Below are positions 25,745-37,149 of a DNA stretch of 64,000 nt, in pieces; position 1 is the stretch's first letter; each line of letters starts with the position of its first letter. Source of the DNA: Felis catus (Eukaryota); the NCBI RefSeq assembly GCF_018350175.1, contig NC_058368.1:197410001-197474000 (forward strand). The letters are read 5' to 3'. A program made the translations under genes and the position numbers. Below the pieces are notes generated by a model. It saw only the letters and a program-made list of their open reading frames with translations. It was not told where the DNA came from and ran no database searches.

Positions 25745-26110
25745 CTATTCCACCTCTACTTTGTGCCAGGAACTCTATTGGGCGCCAGAGGAAACGGCAG
25801 CGAATGCAGTACATTCTGGCCCCGACCGCATGAAGTTCACGTGTTCTGAGCACGGGAGAAACATCACGAACAGGTAAGATGTGATTGCACACCGCGATGA
25901 GTGCTCCGCAGAAGACACGCACAGCGGCCGGGGAACTGCTTGGAGAGCGGGCCCTGGAGGGCATCGCTGGGCTGCTAATCTTTCAGCTGAGCTCTGAAGG
26001 ATGAGAAGGAGAGGAAGGAAAGGGACAGCACACGTGAAAACCCTGAGGCAGAAAGTCCCGGCACGTTCACGAGAGTGGGACAGGTCAGAGTGGCCGGAGT
26101 CAGAAGTGTG
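25745..26110 (-). mobile_element. L2 relic
   Basis: 'ctactttgtgccagg...tttcagctgagctctgaaggatgag...gggacagcacacgtgaaaaccctgaggc'. Confidence 0.55.
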
Positions 26111-26593
26111 GCACTCTGTGCGTGTGACTGCTGGTCCAGTCTCCACGGCCACCCGGGAGAAGGCACCACCCCAGCCCCTCGATCGGCCGGGTCGTGACCA
26201 CGCACACACTTTCCTCAGCTTCTAGCTGCCCACAGCATCAAACACGGGCCTTTAGCCTGGAGTTTCGGACGCTTCCAGACAGAGTTCCAGCGTAACTTTC
26301 CACTTGTATTTCCTTTTAACATTATGTTGCACCTTAACATGAACTTTTGCTTATGTCAGGAATACCTAAATATATTTTCCTTGTGGAGACTTAATACAGG
26401 GAACTTTAAAGCTCTTTTTTTTTTTTTTTTTTTACCACTGTCCCTTCTTCCCTATCTCTCTCTCAGGTGCCTCCCCAGACGTAACACTGCAGATATTTCC
26501 AGATACTTCCAGACGTTTCTAAAATCGGTAGACTCATGGGTACATCAAGGGTGTGCAAAACTACAAAATATACAGGACCGTGTTATGTTTTTT

Positions 26594-26834
26594 ATTTTAT
26601 TTTTTTTTTTATTTAAAAAAAATTTTTTTTTCAACGTTTATTTATTTTTGGGACAGAGAGAGACAGAGCATGAACGGGGGAGGGGCAGAGAGAGAGGGAG
26701 ACACAGAATCGGAAACAGGCTCCAGGCTCCGAGCCATCAGCCCAGAGCCTGACGCGGGGTTCGAACTCACAGACCGCGAGATCGTGACCTGGCTGAAGTC
26801 GGACGCTTAACTGACTGCGCCACCCAGGCGCCCC
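26594..26834 (-). mobile_element. Can-SINE, young felid subfamily
   Basis: Diagnostic 'tttgggacagag', 'cggaaacagg', 'gacctggctgaagtcgg' and 'ctgcgccaccc'. Flanked by tgttatgtttttt on both sides. Confidence 0.97.
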
Positions 26835-28094
26835 GACTGTTATGTTTTTTAAATAAACACACACCACTGCCTCCAGGATCCACTGGCTAAAACCATCATG
26901 AGGCTCCTTTCAACCCTGCGTGGAGGGGGAAGGAGGTGCCAGGATTATAATCTTGCCATGTGCCCGGCAAGAGAGGAAGGCTAAAAAGGGTGAGCACTGG
27001 CAGTTTCTATCATAGACAGTGATTTAAAACACAGCCTTTAAAAAATAAATTTCTTGAAGGAAATGTGGGGCCCTTTAAAGAAAAAATTACTATAAAGAAT
27101 GGCATGGAGGGCTTAGGCTTACGGTAGAAATAGAGAAGGTGGGGCAGAAGAATGGCCTTCCCAGCCTGCAAGTCTGTCACCCTGTGCCTCTATGAATTGT
27201 CAGGGTTTGTGACAGAGGCTATAGGTCTCTTCCTGAGGAGACGTCCAGGCGCCTGCAGATGCCCCCAGCCCAGCTCTCCATAGGAGGTCCTGCCTGGAGG
27301 GACCCAGCTCCCAAGTCTCCTCCCTTCTCTGCTCACTGACCTCAGTTACCCACCCCTTCTCAGTCCTCCTCCAGTTTTCCATCGTAAGACTCCCCCTTCC
27401 CCCGAATGCCTGGAGACCTTGGCCCTAGGTAATGACCTCTTTCTGACCACCAGCAGCCTTAGCACCTGACTGGCTCCTTCCCACCTAAATCTCGTCCAGC
27501 TCCTGAAAATGTGATATGGGACCACCAAGAGGCTCACGTGTTGTTTGGAAGGGTTCTGTTTCAAAAAGCTTTGGAATGCGGCCAGAACATGGAGCAGCTG
27601 CAAGGGGGAGTAAAGGAGCAGTGGTAGAATCCCTACGGCTCACTCCCCGTTCTTCATGTTTCTTCTCATTCCTTAGAGCTTAAAGTCAACAGCCACCTTG
27701 GACCCAGGTCCGTCGAGCAGCCCAAACAAGGCAACATTGCAGGAACTGAAGGTACGGGGATCAAAGCTTTTCCATTCTACTGTTTTTCCATTCTACTGTG
27801 GGCTCCAGACCCACCGAGCCGCCTGGCAGCCTGAGGAATCTGGACGGGGGCCTCTGTTGGAGGCAGGGGGTGGCGTGAGAGGACAATGGGGAGGGCGGAC
27901 ATGAGCTGAGACCTTGGCCCTGGGCTGGTTGCCACTGATGTTCCGGGGGGCAGGTCACTTCTTGTCACCTATTCTTGTGCTTCTTCCCATGTTTTGGAAA
28001 GAACCGTGCAGAGCACACACTCAGAGGATGTCGGAGGCCGAAAAGCCTGGGCGATCAGCTTCAAGCCCCACCCTTCCGTTTACAAACAGGTGCC

Positions 28095-28555
28095 TGGTGG
28101 GTCGGTCTCTGATGCTGCCGTGACACATTGCTACAGCCTTACTGGCTTGAAACAACACAAATTTATTATCTTACGGCTCTGTAGGTCAGAAGTTCAACAC
28201 GGGCCTCGCTGGACTCAACTCAAGAGGCCAACGGGGCTGCATTCCTTTCCAGAGGCTGCCTGCCTTCCTTGGCTCGTGGCCCCTTTCCAGTTTCAACGTC
28301 AGCAGCATGGGATGAGCCCTCCTCACATCACAGCGCCTGACCTCCGGGGCCTCTCCCTTCCACTCTGGGGGACCCTTGTGATTACCTTTGGCCCAGCTGG
28401 AAAATCCAGGGTACTCTCCCCATGTTAACCTCAGCTGATCAGCAGCCTTAATTCCATCTGCCACCTGAATTTCTCTTTGTCATGTGTCATGACATATTCA
28501 CAAGTTCCAGGAATTAGGGCGTGCACATCTTTGGGGGCCGTTATTCTATCTTCCC
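28095..28555 (-). mobile_element. MLT1-family (MaLR) LTR
   Basis: 'gctgccgtgacacattgctac...ggcttgaaacaacacaaatttattatcttac...tcagaagttc...cacaagttccaggaattaggg...atctttgggggccgttattct'. Confidence 0.85.
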
Positions 28556-28649
28556 CGAGAGGGTTAATGACTCACCCGAGACAGGACTAGGGATACATCT
28601 GACACTTAGTATTTTTCTACTCGCTCACCCTGTTTTTCAGCACAGAAGG

Positions 28650-28950
28650 CATACAGCTGGGTGCTTAAAAGCACGGCCTTTGGGATCAGATAGATCTGGG
28701 TTCTGTGATCTGGGCTCAAAGTCTAGCTGTGCTTTTATTAGCTGTGAGAACCTGGGAAAATGACTTAAGCTCTCTGGACCTCAGTTTCCTCGTCTGTTAT
28801 ATGGGGACAATAGTAACAACCTCATAGTGTGAAAACCCACGAACAGTGTTTAGCATGTTTAGGACGATGATGGGAGCGTCTTCGAGATGAAGTTCTTCCG
28901 CGTGGATATGTGGGTATTGGAGAAGATACGTACAGCACCCAATAAGTGAT
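28650..28950 (+). mobile_element. MIR relic interrupted by a 61-bp non-MIR insertion
   Basis: MIR core 'agctgtgagaacctgggaaaatgacttaagctctctggacctcagtttcctcgtctg'. Its tail is split by 28867-28927. Confidence 0.75.
28867..28927 (+). repeat. 61-bp exact direct duplication, copy A (copy B at 30493-30553)
   Basis: atgatgggagcgtcttcgagatgaagttcttccgcgtggatatgtgggtattggagaagat occurs identically at both positions. Confidence 0.97.
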
Positions 28951-29772
28951 ATCTCTTAGTATGATTTATAATCAAACACCACAGTTGACCACAGCCCTTT
29001 GTGAGGAAAGCATCTCAGGTATTTTCACAGCCATTTTCGAGTTACGGAAAGGAGCTGAGAGAATTAAAATGTCTGGAGTGAGGTCATTCAGTAAGTCCGT
29101 GGTGGCAGCAGGACAGGAACAAGGTCTATGGACCTCTAATCCTATGCTCCTTAAGTGAACGCCTTATCATTTCCATTGAGCGGATACCTCTAGCAGGAGA
29201 TCCAAGAAAGATGCTCATCCATTTTTTTTTTTTTTTTTTTTTTTACTTACATTAGAAGAAAAGATCCTTTAATCTTTTTTTTTTTTTTTTTTGGAATGTC
29301 CTGTAGTTTTCAGGCTCAAAATATCCGGCTGAATTCCTAATGCAAAATACCCCAAGGTTAAGTTCACTGGCTTCTTCTTTGTATAAACATGCCGTGGCTC
29401 ACCACTAAGGCAATATTATGCAATTTGAAGCAGTAATTAAATTGAGGCTTCTGTCCATCATCCGCAGTGAGCATGGGTAGAACCCCCCGCCCCCCAACAC
29501 ACACATACACTGAATTATACAGCCACTAATTGCTATGGTGGGATTATATGTTTTTGATAGAGCAACAATTTGTTTGACCATTTATTATTTTTTTTTCCAC
29601 AGCAGTCCCTGATATTCTTTGAGGGCTGAGAAATGGATACATCAAGACATTTCAAAGGGTTAGATTGTGAGTGTTGGGGTATTTTAGAGGCCTTGAAAAA
29701 TAGCATCCTTCTTCACTGCCCAAGTTCAGAACTAATTGAGGGTCAGGCGAAGATTGAAACGCTAGCATTCTC

Positions 29773-30199
29773 GGGGTGCCTGGGTGACTCAGTCTGTTAA
29801 GCATCTCCTTTTTTTTAAAAAAAAAAAAATTATGTTTGAGACAGAGAGAGAGTGTGAGCGAGTAAGGGAGGGGCAGCGAGAGAGGGAGACAGAATCCAAA
29901 GCAGGCTCCAGCTTTGAGATGTCAGCACAAAGCCCAGTGTGAGGCTTGAACCCCCGAGCTATGAGATCATGACCTGAGCTGAAGTCGGATGCTTAACTGA
30001 CTGAGAGCCACCCAGGCGCCTCAAGTGTCTGACTCCTGATTTTGGCTCACGGTTTGTGAGTTCGAGCCCCACCCACTTCAGGCTCCGCACTGACGGTGCA
30101 GAGCCTGCTTGAGATTCTCTATCTCCCTCTCTCTCTGCCTCTTCCCTGCTCACTTTTCTATCTCTCTCTCTGTGTCAAAATAAATAACATTGAAAAAAA
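29773..30199 (+). mobile_element. Can-SINE, split by a nested antisense SINE
   Basis: Head 'ggggtgcctgggtgactcagtctgttaagcatct' at 29773-29806. The body resumes at about 30021 and ends in an A tail. Confidence 0.9.
29807..30020 (-). mobile_element. Can-SINE nested inside another SINE
   Basis: Antisense copy ending 'gagccacccaggcgcc'. Flanks ttaagcatct / tcaagtgtct look like a diverged TSD. Confidence 0.9.
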
Positions 30200-30492
30200 T
30201 GTCGGCATTCTTACTGATTACAGCTGGGTGGGGCCTTCGGTTTGCGTGTGGAACAGAATGGTCTCGAGGCTGCTTTTTGCTGGCGCCTGAAGGACAGGTG
30301 CGCCAAGGCTTTCCAGCAGGCCCAGAATTGGCCCCACAAAGCTTCCTGCATGGCCTCAAGCACAGACTAGACAGTGGTCCCCTGTCAGCTGGAGACCATC
30401 CTGAGGAAAGAGAGGGCGGGCCCAGAAGTTGGAGTCTGCTGCACTGACCGGTCAGAGAAATCCCCTCTTCCTCCCACCAGGACGGCTGGACC

Positions 30493-30553
30493 ATGATGGG
30501 AGCGTCTTCGAGATGAAGTTCTTCCGCGTGGATATGTGGGTATTGGAGAAGAT
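30493..30553 (+). repeat. 61-bp exact direct duplication, copy B (probable donor)
   Basis: Identical to 28867-28927 and followed by a C13 run (30555-30567). Confidence 0.97.
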
Positions 30554-30914
30554 TCCCCCCCCCCCCCACGAATAGTGAGAAAGGGGTAAGCAGACACATA
30601 ACTGGGTCCAGCCAGTTCTCTGGGAATTGTTCACAGCTCCTGGACTAGGGAGCCTTTATATGTTGAAGAATGTTAGAATCTGGGTAAGCACGCATCTGGA
30701 ATGTCTGCGTTGCAAAGGAAAAACAGTTGAAAAGCTGTTGGCCACAGAACAGAGTCCAGCTCTCAGTTTGACATCCCGGGGTGGAGGGAGCTGGGACCAC
30801 TGGAAGCAGACACGGGGATGGAGTCTGGGGTATTAGACGTTCGTACAGCATCACCACCTGGGTGAGGAAAGGGGTAGACACAGGACTGGGCAGAGGCAGA
30901 AGTCAAAACCCCTT

Positions 30915-31206
30915 GGGGCTCCTGGGTGGCTCAGTCGGTCGGGCTCTTGATTTTGGCTCAGGCCGTGATCTCACTGTTCGAGCCCCGCAGCAGGCTCCGT
31001 GCTGACGTGCTTGGGAGTGTCCGACTTCGGCTCGGGCCGTGATATCATGGCTTGTGAGTTTGAGCCCCGCGTGGGGCCGTGTGCCGATAGCTCGGAGCCT
31101 GGGGCCTGCTTCAGATTCTGTCTCCCTCTCTCTCTGCCCCTCCCCTGCTCATGCTCTCTCTCTCTCTCTCCAAATAAATAAATAAACTTTAAAAAAAAAA
31201 AAAAAA
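30915..31206 (+). mobile_element. Can-SINE with duplicated head region (composite)
   Basis: A partial SINE head at 30915-31014 is followed by a second body from about 31015 with CT tract and A tail. agaagtcaaaa occurs at 30898-30908 and 31211-31221. Confidence 0.85.
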
Positions 31207-31817
31207 GGAAAGAAGTCAAAATTGCAGACAGCATGGTGTGGAGTTCGGGAGCTCACCCCACTGTGAGCTCACCCCACTGTGAGCCCAAATGGCCAGGACT
31301 TCGGGAGCGGCCTCCCTCTGTGGCTTTGGTGGGGGGGGGGGCTCAGGCCGTGCAGTTGAGGCAGACCCTGAAGGAGCCGGCGGTGGGCAGCAGGATCTGG
31401 GCCACTCCTCATGTCCGCCACACCCCTGCCCGCTGTCTTGCCCTTTGCCACTCTTCCGGCCTTTTCCTTCACATTCTAGTCATGCCAGTTGCTAGAGTAC
31501 CTACAGATCCCATGCCTTTCACGCCTCCCGCCCTTGTCTAGAATATCCTTTCTGCTAACTCTGTCTCGTTTCTCATCCTTGGTTTGCACGTTATCTCTTT
31601 TAAGAAGGCCTCCCCGCCCCCCAGCCCGGGCTGAGTGCCATCCCCCATGTGCACAGATGGCACTTACTGAGTGAAACCACGCTTTCTGTGGGGAGCCCTG
31701 TGTCTGCCAAGACTGTGTCTTGTTCCCAGGGTGCCCAGGGAGGCGCTGCGACACGACAGGTGTTCAACCCCGTCGAGGCCTTGTCCCTATTCAATAAATA
31801 TTCACTGCGCACTTTTG

Positions 31818-31839
31818 ATTTTTTTTAATGTTTATTTAT

Positions 31840-31870
<31 letters not shown>

Positions 31871-32036
31871 CATAAACAGGGGAGGGGAAGAGAGAGAGGG
31901 AGACAGGATCTGAAGCAAGGCTCCAGGCTCCGTGCTATCAGCCTACAGCCCAACGCGGGGCTCGAACTCACGAACCGTGAGATCATGACCTGAGCTGAAG
32001 TCGGACACTCAACTGACCGGGCCGCCCAGGTGCCCC
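31818..32036 (-). mobile_element. Can-SINE
   Basis: Antisense full-length copy. Diverged TSD cactgcgcacttttg / cactgagcatttttg. Confidence 0.95.
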
Positions 32037-33287
32037 CACTGAGCATTTTTGTGAGAGTTTTCCATGGCACTCACACAGGAGTGAGTGAGATTCTTCGCTA
32101 TTTCAGCCACCATGGTGCCAGCGTAGAATTTTGAACATTAGAGTTTCTAGGGAAATACCATTTTTAAAATTAGACCCTACTTTCTTTGGCCAAAATGGCT
32201 TCAATGCGGGATCTGGAAGCTGTGAAGGGCTTGCGCAGGTATTGCCAGACGCAGGGGGTGAGCAAGGTCTTGGAAGGTATTTGACATAATGCCTAAGGAG
32301 AGGAAACTGCTAAGGCAGGTGCCCTGCTGGATTTGTTTTCACCTATTCCCCGGAAGAATGAATGAATGAATCCTGGACTATTAGATCTGTAAAGGGTTTC
32401 GGGACGACAAGGTGGGGACGGATCTGGAGGTTGCACCCAGTGTCCAAGATCTCACATCCCCTGAGAAAGAAGAATAGAGAGCTGCAGAAAGTGGGACACT
32501 GTCTTTCCCCCCAATCCAGTTCTGTGGGGGATGGAAACCTGTCCCCCTGAAGTGCTCCGGAGGAGCAGGGGAATCAGCAAGATGCCAACCGGCTCCCCCC
32601 AGCCTGGCATGGAGATCTGAAAACAGACGTGCCTCGGTCTGCTGGCTGAGCCATCAGGCCTGCACGGAGGCGAGATCTGACGCGCAAAAGCAAATTAGGG
32701 GCTTCAAACCAGCCAAACGGGAAAAGGAAAGGCCCCTTCAATTGTTTAAGGGAGAAGAGGAAGACCAAAGGCAATATTATCTTTCATCAGCCACTCCCTG
32801 GGGGGGGGGGGGGGGGGAATGAGCTTTCCAAAGAGCTCAGACTTCTCTTAGCGGGGCAGGGAGGAGCCACCTCCTTGGCCGCTAAAAACAGCCTCGTTCT
32901 GAGCAGATAATCAAATCAGCGAGAACAGGGACTACTACCTGGGCTGCAACCAAAACCGCAGCGTCTCCTCGGTCCCGTCTGTGCGTGGGGACTGCTACAG
33001 TTTATGCTGCGGAAATGCACGAAGTTGGTAAGGAGTCCTGGCTTCTGTGCTGCGGGCTGGCGACATAGATGAGATCCCGGGCCAGTCCCGTCCCCAAGAG
33101 ACCTCTGGTCCCTGTGGACTGGTGGTTATCTCATTCATTCCTTATAACAACACTGCTGGATGTTATTCTTTCCAGTAACACCCCATTTCGCACATGAGGA
33201 AATGGCTCTGAGAGTGTAATTAGCTATTCAGAGTCACTATGGCAAGTAAATGGATGAGGGGAGACTCAAACACAAATCTATGTGGCC

Positions 33288-33525
33288 CACCCTCAACTGG
33301 GTGTGGTTTGGGCCCCTCCGACTGTTCTCCAGAGGACACTGACAATGTCTTGGAGGCATTTCTGCTTGCCATAACGTGGGAGGGGGTTGGCTACCGGCAT
33401 CCGTTGGGGAGAGGCCACGAGTGCAATGGATGCCGTTAAACATGTGGTGCACAAAACAGCCCCCCATCTACCCCCAGGTATTGGGCCCCAAAGATCAAAG
33501 GCACTGATGTTGAGAAACACTGCTC
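33288..33525. mobile_element. MER20-like hAT DNA transposon
   Basis: 'ccagaggacactgacaatgtcttggaggcattt...ctaccggcatc...gatgccgttaaacat...gcacaaaacagcccc...gttgagaaacactgctctag'. Confidence 0.8.
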
Positions 33526-34459
33526 TAGGTCATGTGTCCCTTGTATTCAATAGGTCTCTGCTCCCCGCCTCCATTGTTTTTTAGCTCAGTTCCTCATTAT
33601 CTCCTGGATCGTGCTCACCACAATGTATTGAATGCATTATTTTCTTATTGTTCCTTTGTGATTTCACTTGTTCTCTCTCTCCCCCACTACAAGCTGCATG
33701 ATGGCAAAGGCTGCCTGCCTCCTTCCCCGCTCTATGTCCATCACCTGGCAACAGCCCCTCGACATAGTAGGTGCTCAATGAGTACTTATTGGATGAGTAC
33801 ATGGGCAAATGAATATAGAGAAATTGACTTATCTGTGCAAGGTCATGGGAACAAGGCGGCAAAGATAGTATCGAATCCTAGATCTGTCTGAATCCAAATC
33901 ACATGGTCCTCCTAACCCCCATGGCAAAGAGATAAGGCGATTCAGTGAGATGGGGCAGTGCATTGTCCTTCGGGAGCTGGGAGTCCAGCAGAGGAGAGAG
34001 AAAAAGTCAATGGGTGTCAGGGTGGGATGCCAAATTCAAACTGGGCGAGGACTCAGTGGAGAGTTTCCCAGATATTAAAAGAACGTCTTAAAAGGACCAG
34101 AATCAATCTTCCTCCCCTTTTAGCAAAGATGGGCAATACAACATTTATCCTCTCCTCGTCCTCGGGGACTTTGAGTCTCTTACGGTTCCCAAAAATAATG
34201 GCCCGTGGCTCCATAAATGCACGTCCAGGTCCTAGAAGTAGCCTGAAGTCAAGTACCAGGCTGGTTCCATCTGGCAAATCCTGGCCCTGGCAGCTGTGTC
34301 TGCCTCCACAGCCTGCCAACTGCTAGCCAGAGCCTTTCGGGAGCCAGTGTGGGAGCAAACTCCCATGACTCATGGCTGGGGAAGCTGTCGGGGTGAGGGG
34401 AGGCAGGGGCACATGAGGGCAAGGGCAGGGAGCGAGGCAAAGGCAGAAGGAATGGGCCA

Positions 34460-34581
34460 TGGAAGGAAGGAGGGCACCAGAGGTGGTGACGGAATAGGGA
34501 AGAAGGAAAAGAGAGGGAAGGAGAGAGGAAGGAAGGAAGGAAGAAGAGAAGGGGGAAGGGGGAAGGGGGGAAGGAAGGAAA
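34460..34581. repeat. GA-rich (GGAA)n-like low-complexity tract
   Basis: Purine-rich run of ggaa/gaga units. Confidence 0.85.
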
Positions 34582-37119
34582 TATGGGTAATAGCAACAAT
34601 AAGAGATACTTTCTGAGTATTGAGAATTGCCTTGAATTGTGTGAAGTCTCTAAAAGGCATAATCCCCTGGAATCCTGAAAACAATCCTAGGGGGTAGATT
34701 CTTTTTTCATGTCCTTTTTATGGGAAATGAGCTACAGAGATCTTAAGCAATCTAAGGACACATCGGTAGTAGTGAGTGGTGGATTCAGATGTGAAACTCA
34801 GGGGAGGGAAAGAGCTGGTGTAGTGGTTGGGATGGAGGAGGGTGGGACCATGGGAAGAAGGACAGAGATGGAGTCTGTAGGCATGAAATTTCCAGGATGT
34901 GTGAGGCAGACGGGGAGTCCTGGAAGCCAGACTCTGGCTCAGAGTGGCCGTCTTTAGCAGGCAGGGATTGGAGGGTGGCCTACTCACCTCGGATCTCAGG
35001 TTCTTACCGGCAGCTCGAGGAGGCTCTTTGCTTGAACGGATTGTATCGGAGATTCCTTGGTGGACGCGTGAGCCCGAGAGAATGGCAGTGCCATTGTCAG
35101 ATACCGATCCTTCTTTCTTAACACAAAACAAACAGGAGCCGCAAAATTAATTCAATTTCGTTATGTTTAGGAACAAGGAAGACAAAGAAAGAAAGGAAGT
35201 TATTAAAATAAATACAAATGGCTTCTATATGCCCCAATGTCTACACGTCAATTTCACATCTGTTGTCTTACCTGATCGTCCGGCTCAGTGGTGAGCGTCA
35301 GCGTCCCCGTTTCACCAAAGAGGAAATAGGTTGAGAGACAAGTTCTAGTAGGAAGAATCCAGGGTCCAAACTCATGTCTTCCTCGTATCTTTAGCTCTTT
35401 CCTGGGCACTGTATTGAAAGTCATGCTCAGTGTCCCTTAGAGGAAATGAAGGTTTTTTTTCAAACTAACTTCCCAGAATGAAAAGTTCTGTGAAACTCAT
35501 GAAGAGAAGATTAATGCCAGGATCACTTAAAATCATGCTGCTTGACCGTGTCCCTTCAGGAACTGTTTATAACAGAGCTTATTTAAAACACAAAAAAGTT
35601 GGTTCCCAAAAAAGCAGTATGTGTCCTCCTAGGAGCGAATTCATAGGAGCAAACAGTAGTGTTCTTGGAAATCCCTTGGATAAATAATTTTGTACATGCT
35701 GTTCCCTTTAGCCCCACCTCACCTGGGATTATAGCCTTGTTCTGCTCTTAAATCCACTCTGCTGAAGTGACTTTTATCTTATTCTGTGCACACTGGTTGC
35801 CTTTCCTCCCCTCACCCCACCTCCCGCACCCTCAGTTCTGGTGGATCCTTCCTTCCATGTAATTCCTATCGATGCCCCTTCGGAAGCAAGTTCCACAGGG
35901 CTGGGGCCTGGTTTTTCTTCGTTGCCGCCGAGTCCTCAGCATGCTGCCTGGCTCATAGTAATTGCACGATAAATATTTGTGGGCCAGATGATCACATGGG
36001 CCACTAGGCAGTAAACACAGACTGGCTGCATTGTTCACTCCAGGTCTCTTTTTCTTTGCTTGTCCCTTCTGTTTCTATTCTCGAATGGGGGCTCTGTTTG
36101 TCCCACGAATCCAGGAGTGAAAAAAATAGTAAGCATTGCTTTATAAAACGTGCTTTTGGCAGAAGCAGAACTTGTCTACCGTGTGAGAGAATATCTTATC
36201 TCCTCCTGTGTCCGTAAAGACAGTGGAGGGGATATCAAGGGGCCTGGGGGTAATTTATAATTTTTACATGAGGGCGCATTTTTACGACGTGTAAGAGGCA
36301 CCTTAGGAATCAAGTGGCCGCAGTAATAATAGTGATGTTTAACAGTTATTGAGTTCTTCAGTCCAAAGATAAAGTCCCACTGAGGGCTTTATCTTTATCT
36401 GTGTTAACTCATTTAATTCTTACAACCAATCCTGGTGGAGGGGGCTGATGACTCTCCCCACTCAACCACAGAGGAAAATGAGGCACAAAGAGCTATGTGA
36501 GCAGGACTCTACGAAGCCTTACGTGTGCACAGGGGGAGCTTCTTGGCTGTTTGGGGGATGAGTGGAAGGGGCACGATTGTGTGAAGGCCAGAAAGGCTCT
36601 CTGGCCCCTTCCTATGTCCAGAGTTGTTATTCCGTTAAATATTTTATACAGTGGGCTTCTGCCAAAGATTTCTTAGGGAACCAGGGTTTTATGTAGTTAG
36701 AAGAAGAGGCTTATAAACAAGCAAACAGAAACTAGATGCTTCAGTTTTACAGAAAGGAAGGCTACGATTTCAGGGATGTTGAATCCTTTGGTAATTATCA
36801 TCGGTGACCGGGCCAGGTCTAAAAATCTCAGCTCCAAGTGGCCCAGGACTCTTATTTCCTAGGCCATGTTGCCCGGTTGCCAGGTATGTCCATAATGGCG
36901 CTTGAACTTGGGACACTTGTTGACCAAGAGACTTGTTTGTCTAGAACTTTTGTTTCCAGAGGTGTTTACTGAGCAAGACTGAGTGAAATTAGGTAAATTA
37001 TAAGGTAAATTTAGAAATCTTTGTCTAGCGGCGTCGTTAGAGGAAAACAGGAAGGACAAGGCAAGGCTAGACAGGACAGGAAGTGGAAAAAACACTCAGG
37101 GAGTTCAGAGAGGACCGGG

Positions 37120-37149
37120 GCGTGCGTGTGTGTGCGCGCGCGCGTGTGC
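37120..37149. repeat. (GT)/(GC) alternating tract, Z-DNA-prone
   Basis: gcgtgcgtgtgtgtgcgcgcgcgcgtgtgc. Confidence 0.8.

Noticed and set aside
28867..30553. LTR pair or CRISPR-like repeat
   Set aside because: Only two 61-bp copies, no TG...CA ends, primer-binding site or TSD, and a eukaryotic context with no spacer array.
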